A DNA stretch of 64,000 bases from Patescibacteria group bacterium. GTDB lineage: Bacteria; Patescibacteriota; Kazan-3B-28. The notes beneath the pieces were generated by a model. The model did no database searches. It saw only the letters and a list, made by a program, of their open reading frames with translations, and had not been told where the DNA came from. Shown piece by piece: positions 37,184-47,491 of the stretch. The DNA lies in assembly GCA_041649135.1 (NCBI GenBank), contig JBAZNQ010000001.1:227037-291036 (forward strand), in the 5' to 3' direction. The position numbers were made by a program, and so were the translations under genes. Position 1 is the stretch's first letter; the number at the start of each line of letters is the position of its first letter.

Positions 37184-38731
37184 TTAGATTGCTTCTCCGA
37201 ACACTTCACTAATATTCCGAATATCGATTGGTTGTTCGGACATTGATTCTTCTACCACACATTTAATCTTACAAACATACCCAACCTCTTCGAACGCTTG
37301 GCGTAATAGTTGTAAACTAGCCGGTTGTTCCATTTTTTCTTTATGAAATTTCTGGCTAAATTTTATCACTACCACATCTTCCGACGGTTCCACCTGTACC
37401 CGACTCAACATCCCCGCCAAAGTCGGACTCAATAATCTTACCTGTTCCAATACCTTCGGCCAAATCTGTTGTAGCTCACTCAAGTTCAGCGTCGAAGGAG
37501 CGGCTAGTTGAGATTTTACCACGCCTGTTGGAGCCAAACTGGCTGGCGTCTGATTTGCCACTGTATCTCCTCCGTCCGTCGAAGAAACTCCTTTAGAGTC
37601 AGAAGATGTACCCCCGAGGGACCGAGGGGCTACCTTGTCATCTCTGTTCGAGGGACTACCTTGTCCCGCCAGTTTTACTACCGCGATCTCCAATGGCGTC
37701 TGTGGCACTACTGCCGATTTTATTTCTTGTCCTGCCCACATCAACTCCTGCATCATCACCACAATTTTTTGAACCGATAATTTATCTGCCAAACGCATTA
37801 ATTGTTGAACCTGTTCTTTGGTAATTGGCAACTGCCCCTGATTACCCAACTTTGTTGCCAAAATCTGTCGCACTAATGCGATCCATGTCGCCGTTAGTCG
37901 ATTTAGATCGTAGCCATTGTGATATAACTCATCCACTTTTGCTAAAATCTCTTTTGATCTATCGTCGACCAACCATTCTGTCATTTCGTATACCGTCTGC
38001 CAGTCCACCAACCCCAGCCATTCAGTCAATTTCGCTTGTGTAATTTCACCTTCCATAAAGGACGCTTGTTCCAACAGACCCATCGCATCCCGTAGACTTC
38101 CACCCGACTGTCGCGCAATAAATTCCAATCCATCCGACGAGATACTAATACTCTCTGATTTCGCCACCTCTGCCAGATGTTTCGCCGCCTCGTTCATCGG
38201 CACATATCGGAAATCAAACCGCTGACAGCGGGAAATTATCGTCGGCAACAATTTATCTGGATCGGTAGTCGCCAAGACAAAAATCGCATGAGCTGGCGGC
38301 TCCTCAAGCGTTTTTAGCAGCGCGTTACTAGCTTCTTTTGTCAGCTGGTGCGCTTCATCAATCACATAAATTTTATATTTGCCTTGGCTTGGCGCCAGCG
38401 CAATTTTGGAAATCAATTCCCGAATATTATCAATACTCCGATTTGATGCCGCATCAATCTCGATCAAATCCATCATTTGATTATTATCAAACGCGACACA
38501 ATGCGTACATTTGCCACAAGGTTCACCATGCTCACTATTTAAACAATTTACGCTCCTTGCCAGTATCCGCGCTACTGATGTTTTGCCCGTTCCTTTTGGT
38601 CCGGTAAATAAATACGCATGGCCGATCTGCCCGCTGGCTAATTGATTCCCCAAAGTTACTTTAATATAGTCTTGCCCGACTACATCAAATAACGTCTTCG
38701 GCCGATATTTACGATAAAGCGCCTGCCTCAT
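37184..38731 (-). CDS. dnaX: DNA polymerase III subunit gamma/tau
   Basis: AAA+ GPKGTGKTS and a zinc-binding CxxC…C module. Confidence 0.9.
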   Translation of the reverse strand: MRQALYRKYRPKTLFDVVGQDYIKVTLGNQLASGQIGHAYLFTGPKGTGKTSVARILARSVNCLNSEHGEPCGKCTHCVAFDNNQMMDLIEIDAASNRSIDNIRELISKIALAPSQGKYKIYVIDEAHQLTKEASNALLKTLEEPPAHAIFVLATTDPDKLLPTIISRCQRFDFRYVPMNEAAKHLAEVAKSESISISSDGLEFIARQSGGSLRDAMGLLEQASFMEGEITQAKLTEWLGLVDWQTVYEMTEWLVDDRSKEILAKVDELYHNGYDLNRLTATWIALVRQILATKLGNQGQLPITKEQVQQLMRLADKLSVQKIVVMMQELMWAGQEIKSAVVPQTPLEIAVVKLAGQGSPSNRDDKVAPRSLGGTSSDSKGVSSTDGGDTVANQTPASLAPTGVVKSQLAAPSTLNLSELQQIWPKVLEQVRLLSPTLAGMLSRVQVEPSEDVVVIKFSQKFHKEKMEQPASLQLLRQAFEEVGYVCKIKCVVEESMSEQPIDIRNISEVFGEAI

Positions 38732-38836
38732 AACTTATTCACCTCCTCTAACCCCTCGGAGACCACCCCGTAGCTTTAGCGAAGGGTGGCCAAAAGCACC
38801 TCCAATCATACCATGTGGATGATTTAGGCTGGATGG

Positions 38837-39715
38837 CTATTTATAAAAAACCTTGTTTGGGATTCGTAAATCTATGTATTCCCGCGGAGTATTATCTCCC
38901 ATTTCCCTCAATACTCGCACCAAGCTATTAAGTTGATCATCCGGTGGTCGAGTCGTGTCTAAAATAATCCGCCATTTCTGATTGGTGTACATCTCCACTT
39001 CAAATGTAGTTTCCGGGATCGTAATTCGCGAAATCGTAATGTTTGTTTTTCGCGGCAAATTCGCCACAAAACTAGTCACAAATTCAATAAAGTCCGGCGC
39101 TACCACTTTTTGATTAATACTCACCGGCACATTTTTTAAATCCTCCACCATGATCAATGGGGTGTTATCACTTGCCGTATCGTAAACTACCCCGTAGCGA
39201 TTTACCAAAAACTTTTCTCCCGCCGTCTGCCACACGATCGAAGTCTGATGTTCTTTTATCACTACTGTTAATGTATTGTTAATTAAATTTTTGCGGAAAC
39301 TTACTTCGCTAATTTGAGGGATCTTCGTCAGCAATCTGCGTTTAGCCATTCCCTCTGGCCAGCTCACGGCATTCGCCCCCTTAAAGCCCTTTGGGAATAA
39401 CACTTCGGTAATCTGCTCTTCCACCGCTAAGTGGTTACCTGAAATTTTCAGTTCATCCAACCAAAAAAAACTGCTTCCAAACACCAAATACACCACTCCC
39501 ATCAGCCCCGGGATCACTAACCAGCGATACCACTTCCCACCCCGTAATTGTCCGGCTCGCCACTTCCACCGCGTCGCCTGTGACGGAGTATTTTTTTGTA
39601 ATTGTTTCCGAAACTCCATCCGGTGACGCACCGCCTCATTTTGAACTAAAGGCGCCACTCCACTAATTTTTGTGCGCCTGCTTCGTAGACTAATTCTCCC
39701 CCACTGTAATTTCAC
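38837..39715 (-). CDS. ftsQ: Cell division protein FtsQ/DivIB (POTRA)
   Basis: Single TM plus POTRA and FtsQ beta domain. The true start may be M at 39619. Confidence 0.65.
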   Translation of the reverse strand: MKLQWGRISLRSRRTKISGVAPLVQNEAVRHRMEFRKQLQKNTPSQATRWKWRAGQLRGGKWYRWLVIPGLMGVVYLVFGSSFFWLDELKISGNHLAVEEQITEVLFPKGFKGANAVSWPEGMAKRRLLTKIPQISEVSFRKNLINNTLTVVIKEHQTSIVWQTAGEKFLVNRYGVVYDTASDNTPLIMVEDLKNVPVSINQKVVAPDFIEFVTSFVANLPRKTNITISRITIPETTFEVEMYTNQKWRIILDTTRPPDDQLNSLVRVLREMGDNTPREYIDLRIPNKVFYK

Positions 39716-41085
39716 TTTGATTTTCTTAATTCTTCCAGCAATTCCCGACCCAATACATCCGCTTGACCGGCCCCCAAAGTGATTACCACATCACCTGATC
39801 GAATATTCTGCATCACAAAATCTTTTATCTCTGGGAAATCACCAACATATTGAGCATTGTGGCTGATCGCGTTAATCGCTGATACCAATTGTTCGCTATT
39901 AACCGATTTTTTATCGTCGTCCGTATCTCGCACCGCATAAATCGGCGCCACTATTACCATATCAGTATCTTTAAAACTCTCCGCGAAATCATTCATCAGC
40001 AATCGTGTTCGACTGTATTGATGGGGATGAAATACCACTATTAGTCGCCGGTTTTGGAAATACTGCCTTGCTCCCTCCAATAACGCCCGAATCTCCGTTG
40101 GATGATGAGCATAATCATCCATAAAGGTAATTCCTTTGGTCGTCCCCAAAATTTCAAATCGCCGCGCCGCGCCCTTAAATTCATCATGTAACGCATGTTC
40201 CACGGTCGCATCATCAATCCCCAATTCTCTGGCTACCGCCCACGCCAGCACCGCATTGTGTACATTATGTCGCCCCGGCACATGCAAATGAAGCCGCGAA
40301 CCATTCATCGAAAAATATAAACTCCCCTCCACGAATTCCAAATTCTTCGCCTGGATCAGGTTATCTCCGCCAAAACCAGCCCAAACCACTCTCGGCGGTT
40401 TCGCCCGTCCCACCACCTCTCGAACATTAGCATCGTCACCATTGCCGATCACTACACCGTCTTTCGGCAGTAATTTTACAAAATCTACGAACGCCTGCTT
40501 AATATCTTCCATATCTTTGTAGTAATCCAAATGATCGGCTTCGATGTTCGTTAAGACAATAATTTTCGGCCGCAAATCCATAAAGCTTCGCCCATATTCG
40601 CAGGCTTCTACTACCAACGCCGAACCACTACCCATCATAAAATTAGACTTCATTGTTCTAACTTCAGCTCCGATCAATGCGGTTGGCTCTCGGCCCGCCG
40701 CCCGCAAAATAATCGCTATCATTGTGGTGGTAGTGGTTTTCCCATGAGTTCCGCTAATCGCAATCCCGATTTTTTCTTTCATCAATTCTCCGATCACTTC
40801 TAGTCGTCTCCGAGTTGGAATTCCCAATTTCTGCGCTTGTTGAATCTCCGGATTATTTTCCGGTATCGCCGCTGAATACAACACTTCATCAATGTCTTTT
40901 GTAATATGACTGGCATCGTGACCGACAAATACCGTAATCCCCTCGGTCTCTAAATCTGGCCGAGCCTCGAAATCAGTCATATCACTCCCCGCTACCCGAT
41001 TTCCAGTCTTGCTTAACAAGCGAGCTACAGCCTGCATCCCGATCCCCCCGATCCCTACCAAAAAGTAGCTCTTGGGTTGTTTCAC
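39712..41085 (-). CDS. murC: UDP-N-acetylmuramate--L-alanine ligase
   Basis: Mur ligase N-terminal GIGGIGM and ATP-binding GTHGKTTTT. Confidence 0.9.
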   Translation of the reverse strand: MKQPKSYFLVGIGGIGMQAVARLLSKTGNRVAGSDMTDFEARPDLETEGITVFVGHDASHITKDIDEVLYSAAIPENNPEIQQAQKLGIPTRRRLEVIGELMKEKIGIAISGTHGKTTTTTMIAIILRAAGREPTALIGAEVRTMKSNFMMGSGSALVVEACEYGRSFMDLRPKIIVLTNIEADHLDYYKDMEDIKQAFVDFVKLLPKDGVVIGNGDDANVREVVGRAKPPRVVWAGFGGDNLIQAKNLEFVEGSLYFSMNGSRLHLHVPGRHNVHNAVLAWAVARELGIDDATVEHALHDEFKGAARRFEILGTTKGITFMDDYAHHPTEIRALLEGARQYFQNRRLIVVFHPHQYSRTRLLMNDFAESFKDTDMVIVAPIYAVRDTDDDKKSVNSEQLVSAINAISHNAQYVGDFPEIKDFVMQNIRSGDVVITLGAGQADVLGRELLEELRKSK

Positions 41086-41167
41086 CTAGCCATTATACAA
41101 GAGAAACCCTCCCCACAAGCCAAACACCCCTTCTCCGCCATCGGAGGAGGGTCGTATTGAGTCAAAC

Positions 41168-41292
41168 AAATTAGCGCAGGCGAAGGCGTTGTTTGATCCC
41201 GCCATCCCATCCACAGCATTGTGGCGAGATGGGGACCGGTCGCTTAAAGGCGACCGGCGGGAGAGTTCGCCGAGAGCGAAGAAAGCTAATTT
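41168..41292. repeat. MITE-like element copy 1 (AAATTAGC … GCTAATTT 8-bp TIR, 125 bp)
   Basis: 5' AAATTAGCGCAGGCGAAGGCGTTGTTTGA and 3' GAGCGAAGAAAGCTAATTT are shared with the copy at 48973-49263. Confidence 0.6.
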
Positions 41293-41490
41293 GTTTAGAC
41301 GAACAGACCCGACGACTGGCGGGACGCTTTGGTTACTTTGGCAAGACAAAGTAACCGCGGTACAAGGGTCGCGCAGACCATTGAAAAGAAAAAAGAAAAT
41401 ATTATAAGATTCTGGTCAAGCCAGAATGACGAGCTTAAAGATAGCCCTCGGTTCCTCGGGGACACAAAACACAAAACCACAAAAGAAAAC

Positions 41491-42102
41491 TTATTTCACC
41501 AACTCTGCCACCACCACATATCTCTTCAAAGCCGTTCCTAATGGCCACGAGGTTTGCATGGTCAATAATTTTTGAGTCCGATCGCCCTGTGACAATACAC
41601 TCATGTCTTTCGCCTCCACTACTTTTTTGTCCCGCACCACATAACTAAATTGCCGTCCCGCTGAATTAGTAATTAAAATCTCTGCTCCAACTTCGATCCT
41701 CGGCAAAGTCGCAAACACAGTTTTGTAATTACCGTCTTTAAACGCATAATCCGAAGAATGACCAAAATAATACGCATTGCCAAATTCTCCCGGCGCCGCT
41801 GTGTTTGGATAATGTACCACCCCCTGTTCTAAACCATGTTGTACTGTTACCTCATCCGTCGCTTCCACTTCCACCAACGGTACATTCAAGCCCAGACTCG
41901 AGATTACCAACCGGTTTGGCTGATCGATCACCGTCATATCAGTCGACGTTGTGTTTAACACATCGTACAACCACCAAGCCGAAACTTGTTTGGCAAAATA
42001 ACTCCAATTTACCGCTACGATCGCTAATATCACTACCAAAGCGGTTTGCGCAACATCAATCCAAAATCGATTAATTAATTTCTTTGCCATGGGCAACCTC
42101 AA
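41491..42102 (-). CDS. Sortase-fold protein (class A-like) whose catalytic Cys position appears to be Ser
   Basis: N-terminal TM. The His motif FGHSS and the C-terminal Arg (KRYVVVA) are conserved. The TLxTC motif reads LTMQTS. Confidence 0.55.
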   Translation of the reverse strand: MRLPMAKKLINRFWIDVAQTALVVILAIVAVNWSYFAKQVSAWWLYDVLNTTSTDMTVIDQPNRLVISSLGLNVPLVEVEATDEVTVQHGLEQGVVHYPNTAAPGEFGNAYYFGHSSDYAFKDGNYKTVFATLPRIEVGAEILITNSAGRQFSYVVRDKKVVEAKDMSVLSQGDRTQKLLTMQTSWPLGTALKRYVVVAELVK

Positions 42103-43192
42103 TTATTAATTCCGCAATCGTTCTAGCTGCTTGTCGTGAATATTGTCCAAATCGAGAAATTTTCTCCGACAGGTTCTTCCTTTTATTATTATCCATCATC
42201 AACGCACTAATTGTATTCACTAGTCCCTCACCGTTCAACAACTCTGGTGCGATCATTACCGCCGCACCATCTTTCGCTAACGCCTCGGCATTTTTGCGTT
42301 GGTGATCGTTAGCCGAACCCAGCAAAGGTATCAGGATCGCTACTTTGCCTAATACCGCTAATTCAAATATAAACGAACCTGACCGCGACACTACCAAATC
42401 TGCTTGATGTAAACCAGCCAAGAAGATATTCCGATCAAACGCAAACGGCATATAGCTATTTTTTATCTCTGGGGCTAGATTTTCTTTAATCTGATTCGCC
42501 CGTTCCATGTCCAAATTCCCGGTTTGATGCACTACGTTATATTCTCGCAATAATTTATTCAATACTTCCCAAACCGTTACATTAATTGTCTGCGCCCCCT
42601 GCGAACCACCAGTTACCAAAATCATCGGCTTATCGTTATCAAATAATTTTTCTCCTCGCCAATTTAATAATTCTTCAACCATCGGTAAACCAGTATAGAC
42701 AAATTTGTCAGCATATTTACCTAAATTAGACGCATTCTGCCAATAAGTTTGGATCGGCCATGCTACGGCTAATTTTTTAGCGGATTTTAACGCCATCCGG
42801 TTAGACAATCCCAAATGACTATCCGACTCATGTACGATCACCGGGATCTCCAACTTTTTTGCCGCTAACACTACCGGTAACGATACAAATCCACCCTTAG
42901 CAAACACCACCTGCGGTTTAAATTTGCCTAATATCCTGCCGGCCTCCCAAATCCCCATCCAAAACCGAACCACATCAGCCACGTTTTCGAAACTAAAATA
43001 TCGCCGCAGTTTACCCGTCGAAATACTCCGGAAGTTAATTCCCGCCGATTCTACCAACTGCCGATCTTCAGCTCGTTTAGAGCCAATGTATAGCAACTCA
43101 ACTTCTGGCAGTTTAGCTTTTAAGGCCTTTGCGACCGCCAGCGTTGGTAAGATGTGACCACCAGTCCCCCCACCCGCCAACAAGATTTTCAT
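42071..43192 (-). CDS. murG: UDP-GlcNAc:lipid I N-acetylglucosaminyltransferase
   Basis: GGTGGH N-terminal motif. GT28 family. Confidence 0.9.
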   Translation of the reverse strand: MKILLAGGGTGGHILPTLAVAKALKAKLPEVELLYIGSKRAEDRQLVESAGINFRSISTGKLRRYFSFENVADVVRFWMGIWEAGRILGKFKPQVVFAKGGFVSLPVVLAAKKLEIPVIVHESDSHLGLSNRMALKSAKKLAVAWPIQTYWQNASNLGKYADKFVYTGLPMVEELLNWRGEKLFDNDKPMILVTGGSQGAQTINVTVWEVLNKLLREYNVVHQTGNLDMERANQIKENLAPEIKNSYMPFAFDRNIFLAGLHQADLVVSRSGSFIFELAVLGKVAILIPLLGSANDHQRKNAEALAKDGAAVMIAPELLNGEGLVNTISALMMDNNKRKNLSEKISRFGQYSRQAARTIAELIIEVAHGKEIN

Positions 43193-44297
43193 CTTTATGC
43201 GTGATTATCGTCTGTTTCGAAATATTAAGTAGAATGCCAGATGCCGCCAGAATCATCAATAGTGACGTGCCCCCCAAGCTGATAAATGGCAACGGAATAC
43301 CAGTTAATGGGAATAGCCCCACTAACGCTCCCATGTTTAATACCGCCTGATAGCCGATCCAACACGTAATCCCCAGCGCTAGCATCCGCCCGAACATATC
43401 CGGCGCTCTTCTGGCAATTAGTAATCCCCGCCAAATCACGATCGCAAATCCAATAATTAAAGCGACGCAACCGATCATCCCTAGTTCCTCACCAATTATC
43501 GCAAAAATCGAATCTGACGCCGTTTCTGGTAAAAAATTATATTTCTGTCGACTCCGACCATAACCCAGCCCGAATAATCCTCCTGAACCAATTGCCAACA
43601 AAGCTTGATTAATATGATAACCTGCTCCCAACGGGTCCGAACTCGGGTTTAAGAAAGTTAAAAATCGGCTTAACCGATATGGTTCCAGTTTGATCAGCAA
43701 GAATATTCCGCCCAAACCAGTTCCCACCAGCGCCGCTAGCTGTCCCCAAGTCGCACCAGCTACCATGTACATCGTTCCTGCCGTCAACGCCAATGACATC
43801 GCCGTTCCCAAATCCGGCTGTTGCATAATCAACAAAAATGCCACCACTAATATCATCACAAACGGTAAAAAGGTCGCATAAAAATCAGTAATTTTGTGCC
43901 CCTTATTTTCAAACCAATACGCCAAATAAACAATAATCGCTAATTTGGCAAATTCACTCGCTTGGAATGTTTGACCAGCAATGGCGATCCACCGTCGCGC
44001 TCCGCCGGATTCTACTCCGATCCCTGGGATCAATACCAGCACTAATAAAATTCCGGCAATGATCAGTAGGGTAGTCGCCCATCGCTTCCAGAAATGATAG
44101 TCCAATTTTGAAAAAAACCACCACGCAACAACTCCGGCCAGCGCAAAGCCGCTTTGTCTAAAAAAGTAAAAATTATTCGAACCAGTCGCCTGATACGATT
44201 GCACCACTGATGCCGACGACACCATCACCAATCCGAACACTACCAAAATAATGGTGGTAATTGCTAAATAATAATCTTGTTTGTGGTAAGCCCTCAT
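43113..44297 (-). CDS. ftsW: SEDS family peptidoglycan polymerase FtsW
   Basis: 10-TM FtsW/RodA family, in dcw context. Confidence 0.85.
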   Translation of the reverse strand: MRAYHKQDYYLAITTIILVVFGLVMVSSASVVQSYQATGSNNFYFFRQSGFALAGVVAWWFFSKLDYHFWKRWATTLLIIAGILLVLVLIPGIGVESGGARRWIAIAGQTFQASEFAKLAIIVYLAYWFENKGHKITDFYATFLPFVMILVVAFLLIMQQPDLGTAMSLALTAGTMYMVAGATWGQLAALVGTGLGGIFLLIKLEPYRLSRFLTFLNPSSDPLGAGYHINQALLAIGSGGLFGLGYGRSRQKYNFLPETASDSIFAIIGEELGMIGCVALIIGFAIVIWRGLLIARRAPDMFGRMLALGITCWIGYQAVLNMGALVGLFPLTGIPLPFISLGGTSLLMILAASGILLNISKQTIITHKDENLVGGWGDWWSHLTNAGGRKGLKS

Positions 44298-44452
44298 AAA
44301 TGATAAAAAATCTAAATTCTAATCTCTAAATCCCAAACAAATTCCAAATCCTCCAGAAAATCCTAAACTCGAAATTCTAAATCCTAAACAAATTCTAAAT
44401 TCTAAATTCTAATGCTTCAAACGTTTTCTCTGTCATTCCCGCTCTCTTCTTC

Positions 44453-44535
44453 GTCATTCCCGCGTAGGCGGGAATCCAGACAGAAACAGAAAAAAGTTTT
44501 TGTTTGTTTTGCTTTCTGGATCCTCCGGTCAAGCC
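44453..44535. repeat. Composite bipartite palindromic element (GTC-ATTCCCGC hairpin, CCAGACAGAAAC…TTTCTGG spacer, ATCCTCCGG hairpin, GAC)
   Basis: Twin of 52646-52740. A partial extra GTCATTCCCGC lies at 44432. Confidence 0.7.
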
Positions 44536-44618
44536 GGAGGATGACGAGTTTTATTTTAATCATTGGTATTTCGTGCTTCGGATTTGTTTAGTATTTCGAA
44601 TTTATTCACCCATCATCT

Positions 44619-46088
44619 TCAAAGATTATCAACTATTCTTTTAAATTGTTCACCTCTATCATAAGCATCTTTGAACATATCAAAACTGGCACAAGCGGGG
44701 GACAAAATTACTGCTCCACCATTTTTTACTTTCGCATAAGCTACTTTTACAGCCTCATCAAACTTCGCCACAATTTTCACCGGCGTAAACGGAGTATGTT
44801 TTTTAAATACTGCTTTAAATTTCTTCGCCGACTGGCCTATCAATGCCACAAATTTAACATCCGACTTAGCCACAATTTTTGCTAATTGCTTAATATCCCC
44901 ACCCTTATACACTCCACCAACAATCAACGCTTTTGGCATATCAGCAAAAGCCAATACTGCCGCCGCAGCCGCCTCTGGCGTAGTCCCTAAGGAATCATTT
45001 ATAAATACCGTTTTCCCGATCGTTCGCACAATTTCCAGTCGGTGATGTAATGGTTTAAACGCCTTTAACCTCTGCTCAATTCTTTTTATTGGCGCACCCG
45101 CCACGATCGCCGCTGCTATGGCTGGCAACACATTTTGGATGTTATGTTCACCCCGCAACTTGATCGCCGATACTGGTGCCACTACCTGTCGGCGACCAGT
45201 TTTTATATCCCGATAAATTATCTCGTCGTCAGTCAGATACACACCATGTCTCAAAATCTGTTTGGTCGATACCGGACAAATCTTCCCTTTGGTTTGTTGT
45301 AAAGCAATTCTGGTTGGTCCGAAATCCTTTGATGCCACCAAAATATCCGACTTTTTCTGGTATTTATAAATATTCTGCTTGGCAGCTAAATATTTCCCCA
45401 TTGTCTTGTGCCGGTCCAAATGTTCTGGCACCACATTTAACAAAACCGCAATCTGTGGACTCCTGTTCAAATCTTCCAGTTGAAAACTGGATAATTCCAA
45501 CACCACCACATCAATTTTTTTCAATTTTGCCAGCAGGGGAATGGGGGAGTGGCCAATATTACCCGCCAAGTAAATTCTTGCCTTATTATGAGTTCCCGAG
45601 CTCGCCGAGGAACTACCTTTAAGCAGATGGTAAATCAGACTGGTGGTGGTTGATTTCCCCTTCGTTCCTGTCACCCCCACTATCTTTGCCGGACAAAGTT
45701 CAAAAAATAGGCGAGTCGTACTGCTAATTTCCACACCCGTTCTCGTTGCTTTCTTAAATTCTTTTTGTTGCAAAGAAATCCCCGGACTTCTAAACACAAT
45801 TTGAAAATCCGTCAAATTTTGAAGATAATCCCCGCCCAACCGAAAATCCGCACCTAGTTTTTTCGCTTCCAAATACCGCGCTCCTAGTGCCTGCCGGTTA
45901 GCCCCGTCCAACACCGTAACATTGGCTCCTTGTCTAATTAAAAATCTGACGAGCTCCATCCCCTCGCGCCCAAGTCCAATTACCGCTGTTTGCTTCCCTT
46001 GTAACCCCGAGCGAAGCCGCCTGCCCGTCGTAGCCTTGGCGTAGTCGGGAGGGGCAACCTTATTGCCCTGTAAACCATTTTTTACCAT
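44619..46088 (-). CDS. murD: UDP-N-acetylmuramoylalanine--D-glutamate ligase
   Basis: GLGREG Rossmann N-terminus and GVTGTKGKSTT. The start is probably M at 46088 (the track start at 46136 would overlap the RT gene). The N-terminal ~30 aa may be encoded by repeat-like sequence. Confidence 0.9.
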   Translation of the reverse strand: MVKNGLQGNKVAPPDYAKATTGRRLRSGLQGKQTAVIGLGREGMELVRFLIRQGANVTVLDGANRQALGARYLEAKKLGADFRLGGDYLQNLTDFQIVFRSPGISLQQKEFKKATRTGVEISSTTRLFFELCPAKIVGVTGTKGKSTTTSLIYHLLKGSSSASSGTHNKARIYLAGNIGHSPIPLLAKLKKIDVVVLELSSFQLEDLNRSPQIAVLLNVVPEHLDRHKTMGKYLAAKQNIYKYQKKSDILVASKDFGPTRIALQQTKGKICPVSTKQILRHGVYLTDDEIIYRDIKTGRRQVVAPVSAIKLRGEHNIQNVLPAIAAAIVAGAPIKRIEQRLKAFKPLHHRLEIVRTIGKTVFINDSLGTTPEAAAAAVLAFADMPKALIVGGVYKGGDIKQLAKIVAKSDVKFVALIGQSAKKFKAVFKKHTPFTPVKIVAKFDEAVKVAYAKVKNGGAVILSPACASFDMFKDAYDRGEQFKRIVDNL

Positions 46089-46095
46089 AGCCCTA

Positions 46096-47079
46096 TTATA
46101 CCCCGACCCGTCTCCGCAGATGATAAGTATCTCCATGCTTTAACAACCCGGTATACGAAGCCACCACCTCTTGTTTAGGATTTTTTGCCAGCTTCCGAAT
46201 TGTTCTGCGTTTCGTGGTCGTCCGAATTTGTCGGTGATACGGAAAATGCACCCATCCCAAAAAATCTATCCCCGAAGCCATTGTGCTAATCGACACCTTA
46301 TTTGGATGTAATTCTAGTTTTAAAACCACCTTCAAATAATTCTGAATTTCAAACAATATTTGTTCAAGCCACACCTTATTATCTGACAACACTACAAAAT
46401 CGTCTGCATATCGAATGTAGTGTTTGATTTTGAGCTGATGTTTAACAAACTGGTCAAATTCATCCATATAAATGTTCACCAAAAGCTGCGATGTCAGATT
46501 ACCCAACGGCAACCCTTTACCAACTCCCGTGCTAGTAAAACTTTCTACGATGTTCCGCAACAGCCAAATAATATTTTGGTCTGGAATATATTGAACCAAA
46601 ATATCTATCAATATTTTGTGGTCAATCGACGCAAAAAATTTTCTAATGTCGCCCTTCAACACCCAAACCGTCCGAGTATGATTACAACTAACCTGTCTGG
46701 CAAAATGTCTCAATCGATCCAATGCTCGATGTGTTCCCTTGCCCCTACGACAAGAAAAAGAGTCTGCTATAAAAGTAGTGTCAAAAAACGGATATAGCAT
46801 TCTGTATACCGCATGATGCAGCAATCTATCGCATACGCTAGCCTTGTGAATGTTTCTCGGTTTCGGATCAGAGATATTAAATGCTAGGTACTCCCCATGC
46901 CGATAAGTCCTATTGCGCAAATCTTCATGTAAACTCCGAACATTATCCGCCAATCGATACCCAAATAATTGCACATCTGGCTTCTTGGTCTTGCCTCTAA
47001 AAAACTCCCGCCATGCTGCCAGCAAATTTTCTGGCGAGATGATATCATCATAGCTATGGACGAATTGTTTTCGACTCAT
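46096..47079 (-). CDS. DGR reverse transcriptase
   Basis: RT motifs including YADDFVVL (YxDD) and the DGR-diagnostic LGNLTSQ (SQ rather than the group II SP). An AGAAGG RBS precedes M at 47079. The upstream open frame to 47286 is probably noncoding. Confidence 0.85.
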   Translation of the reverse strand: MSRKQFVHSYDDIISPENLLAAWREFFRGKTKKPDVQLFGYRLADNVRSLHEDLRNRTYRHGEYLAFNISDPKPRNIHKASVCDRLLHHAVYRMLYPFFDTTFIADSFSCRRGKGTHRALDRLRHFARQVSCNHTRTVWVLKGDIRKFFASIDHKILIDILVQYIPDQNIIWLLRNIVESFTSTGVGKGLPLGNLTSQLLVNIYMDEFDQFVKHQLKIKHYIRYADDFVVLSDNKVWLEQILFEIQNYLKVVLKLELHPNKVSISTMASGIDFLGWVHFPYHRQIRTTTKRRTIRKLAKNPKQEVVASYTGLLKHGDTYHLRRRVGV

Positions 47080-47120
47080 CCTTCTAAGGTTACCCCCCCC
47101 CCGAACCTCTGCAACCAAAA

Positions 47121-47468
47121 TTGGTCGCTGTGGTTCTGAAATTGAAAGATAGCTACCGAATTTGGCAGGAGTATCTCGTTCACTTTCCCAGACAAAATCG
47201 CTACACCCTCGGCACCAGAATTGACGCTGTTTTTCTTTCTGCCATTGAGTATTGCTTTCTCGCCAGTTATGCGCCGAAGGATGCAAAACTTAGCCTACTT
47301 AGTAGAACCATCTCTCAAGTTGATTTGCTCAAGCTCTTGCTTCAACTGGCCTGGGAAATCCGCGCTCTTGATAACAAAAAATATGCCCATCTCGGCGAAC
47401 ATCTCACCGAAATCGGCAGAATGCTTGGCGGTTGGAAAAAGGGACTGTTATCAAAAACTCCCGTCTAA
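47121..47468 (+). CDS. Four-helix-bundle protein (bAvd-like accessory variability determinant)
   Basis: Matches the four-helix-bundle/23S-IVS family pattern (…YRIWQEY…FPRQNRYTLG…LSRTISQVD…EIGRMLGGW). Lies between RT and TR but on the opposite strand. Confidence 0.55.
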   Translation: MVAVVLKLKDSYRIWQEYLVHFPRQNRYTLGTRIDAVFLSAIEYCFLASYAPKDAKLSLLSRTISQVDLLKLLLQLAWEIRALDNKKYAHLGEHLTEIGRMLGGWKKGLLSKTPV

Positions 47469-47491
47469 GATTTTAGCGGGAGAAACTTGTG

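Noticed and set aside
46096-47286. RT gene as a group II intron or retron
   Set aside because: No group II intron RNA domains (no domain V-like GTGYG…hairpin, no maturase X/En domains). The RT has SQ in motif 4 instead of SP, and a cognate TR/VR pair with adenine-specific differences lies next to it. Retron msr/msd features are absent.
47079-47286. N-terminal 69-aa extension of the RT ORF
   Set aside because: An internal ATG at 47079 has a strong AGAAGG RBS, and RT homology begins there (MSRKQFVHSYDDI…). The upstream open frame overlaps the Avd-like gene on the other strand.
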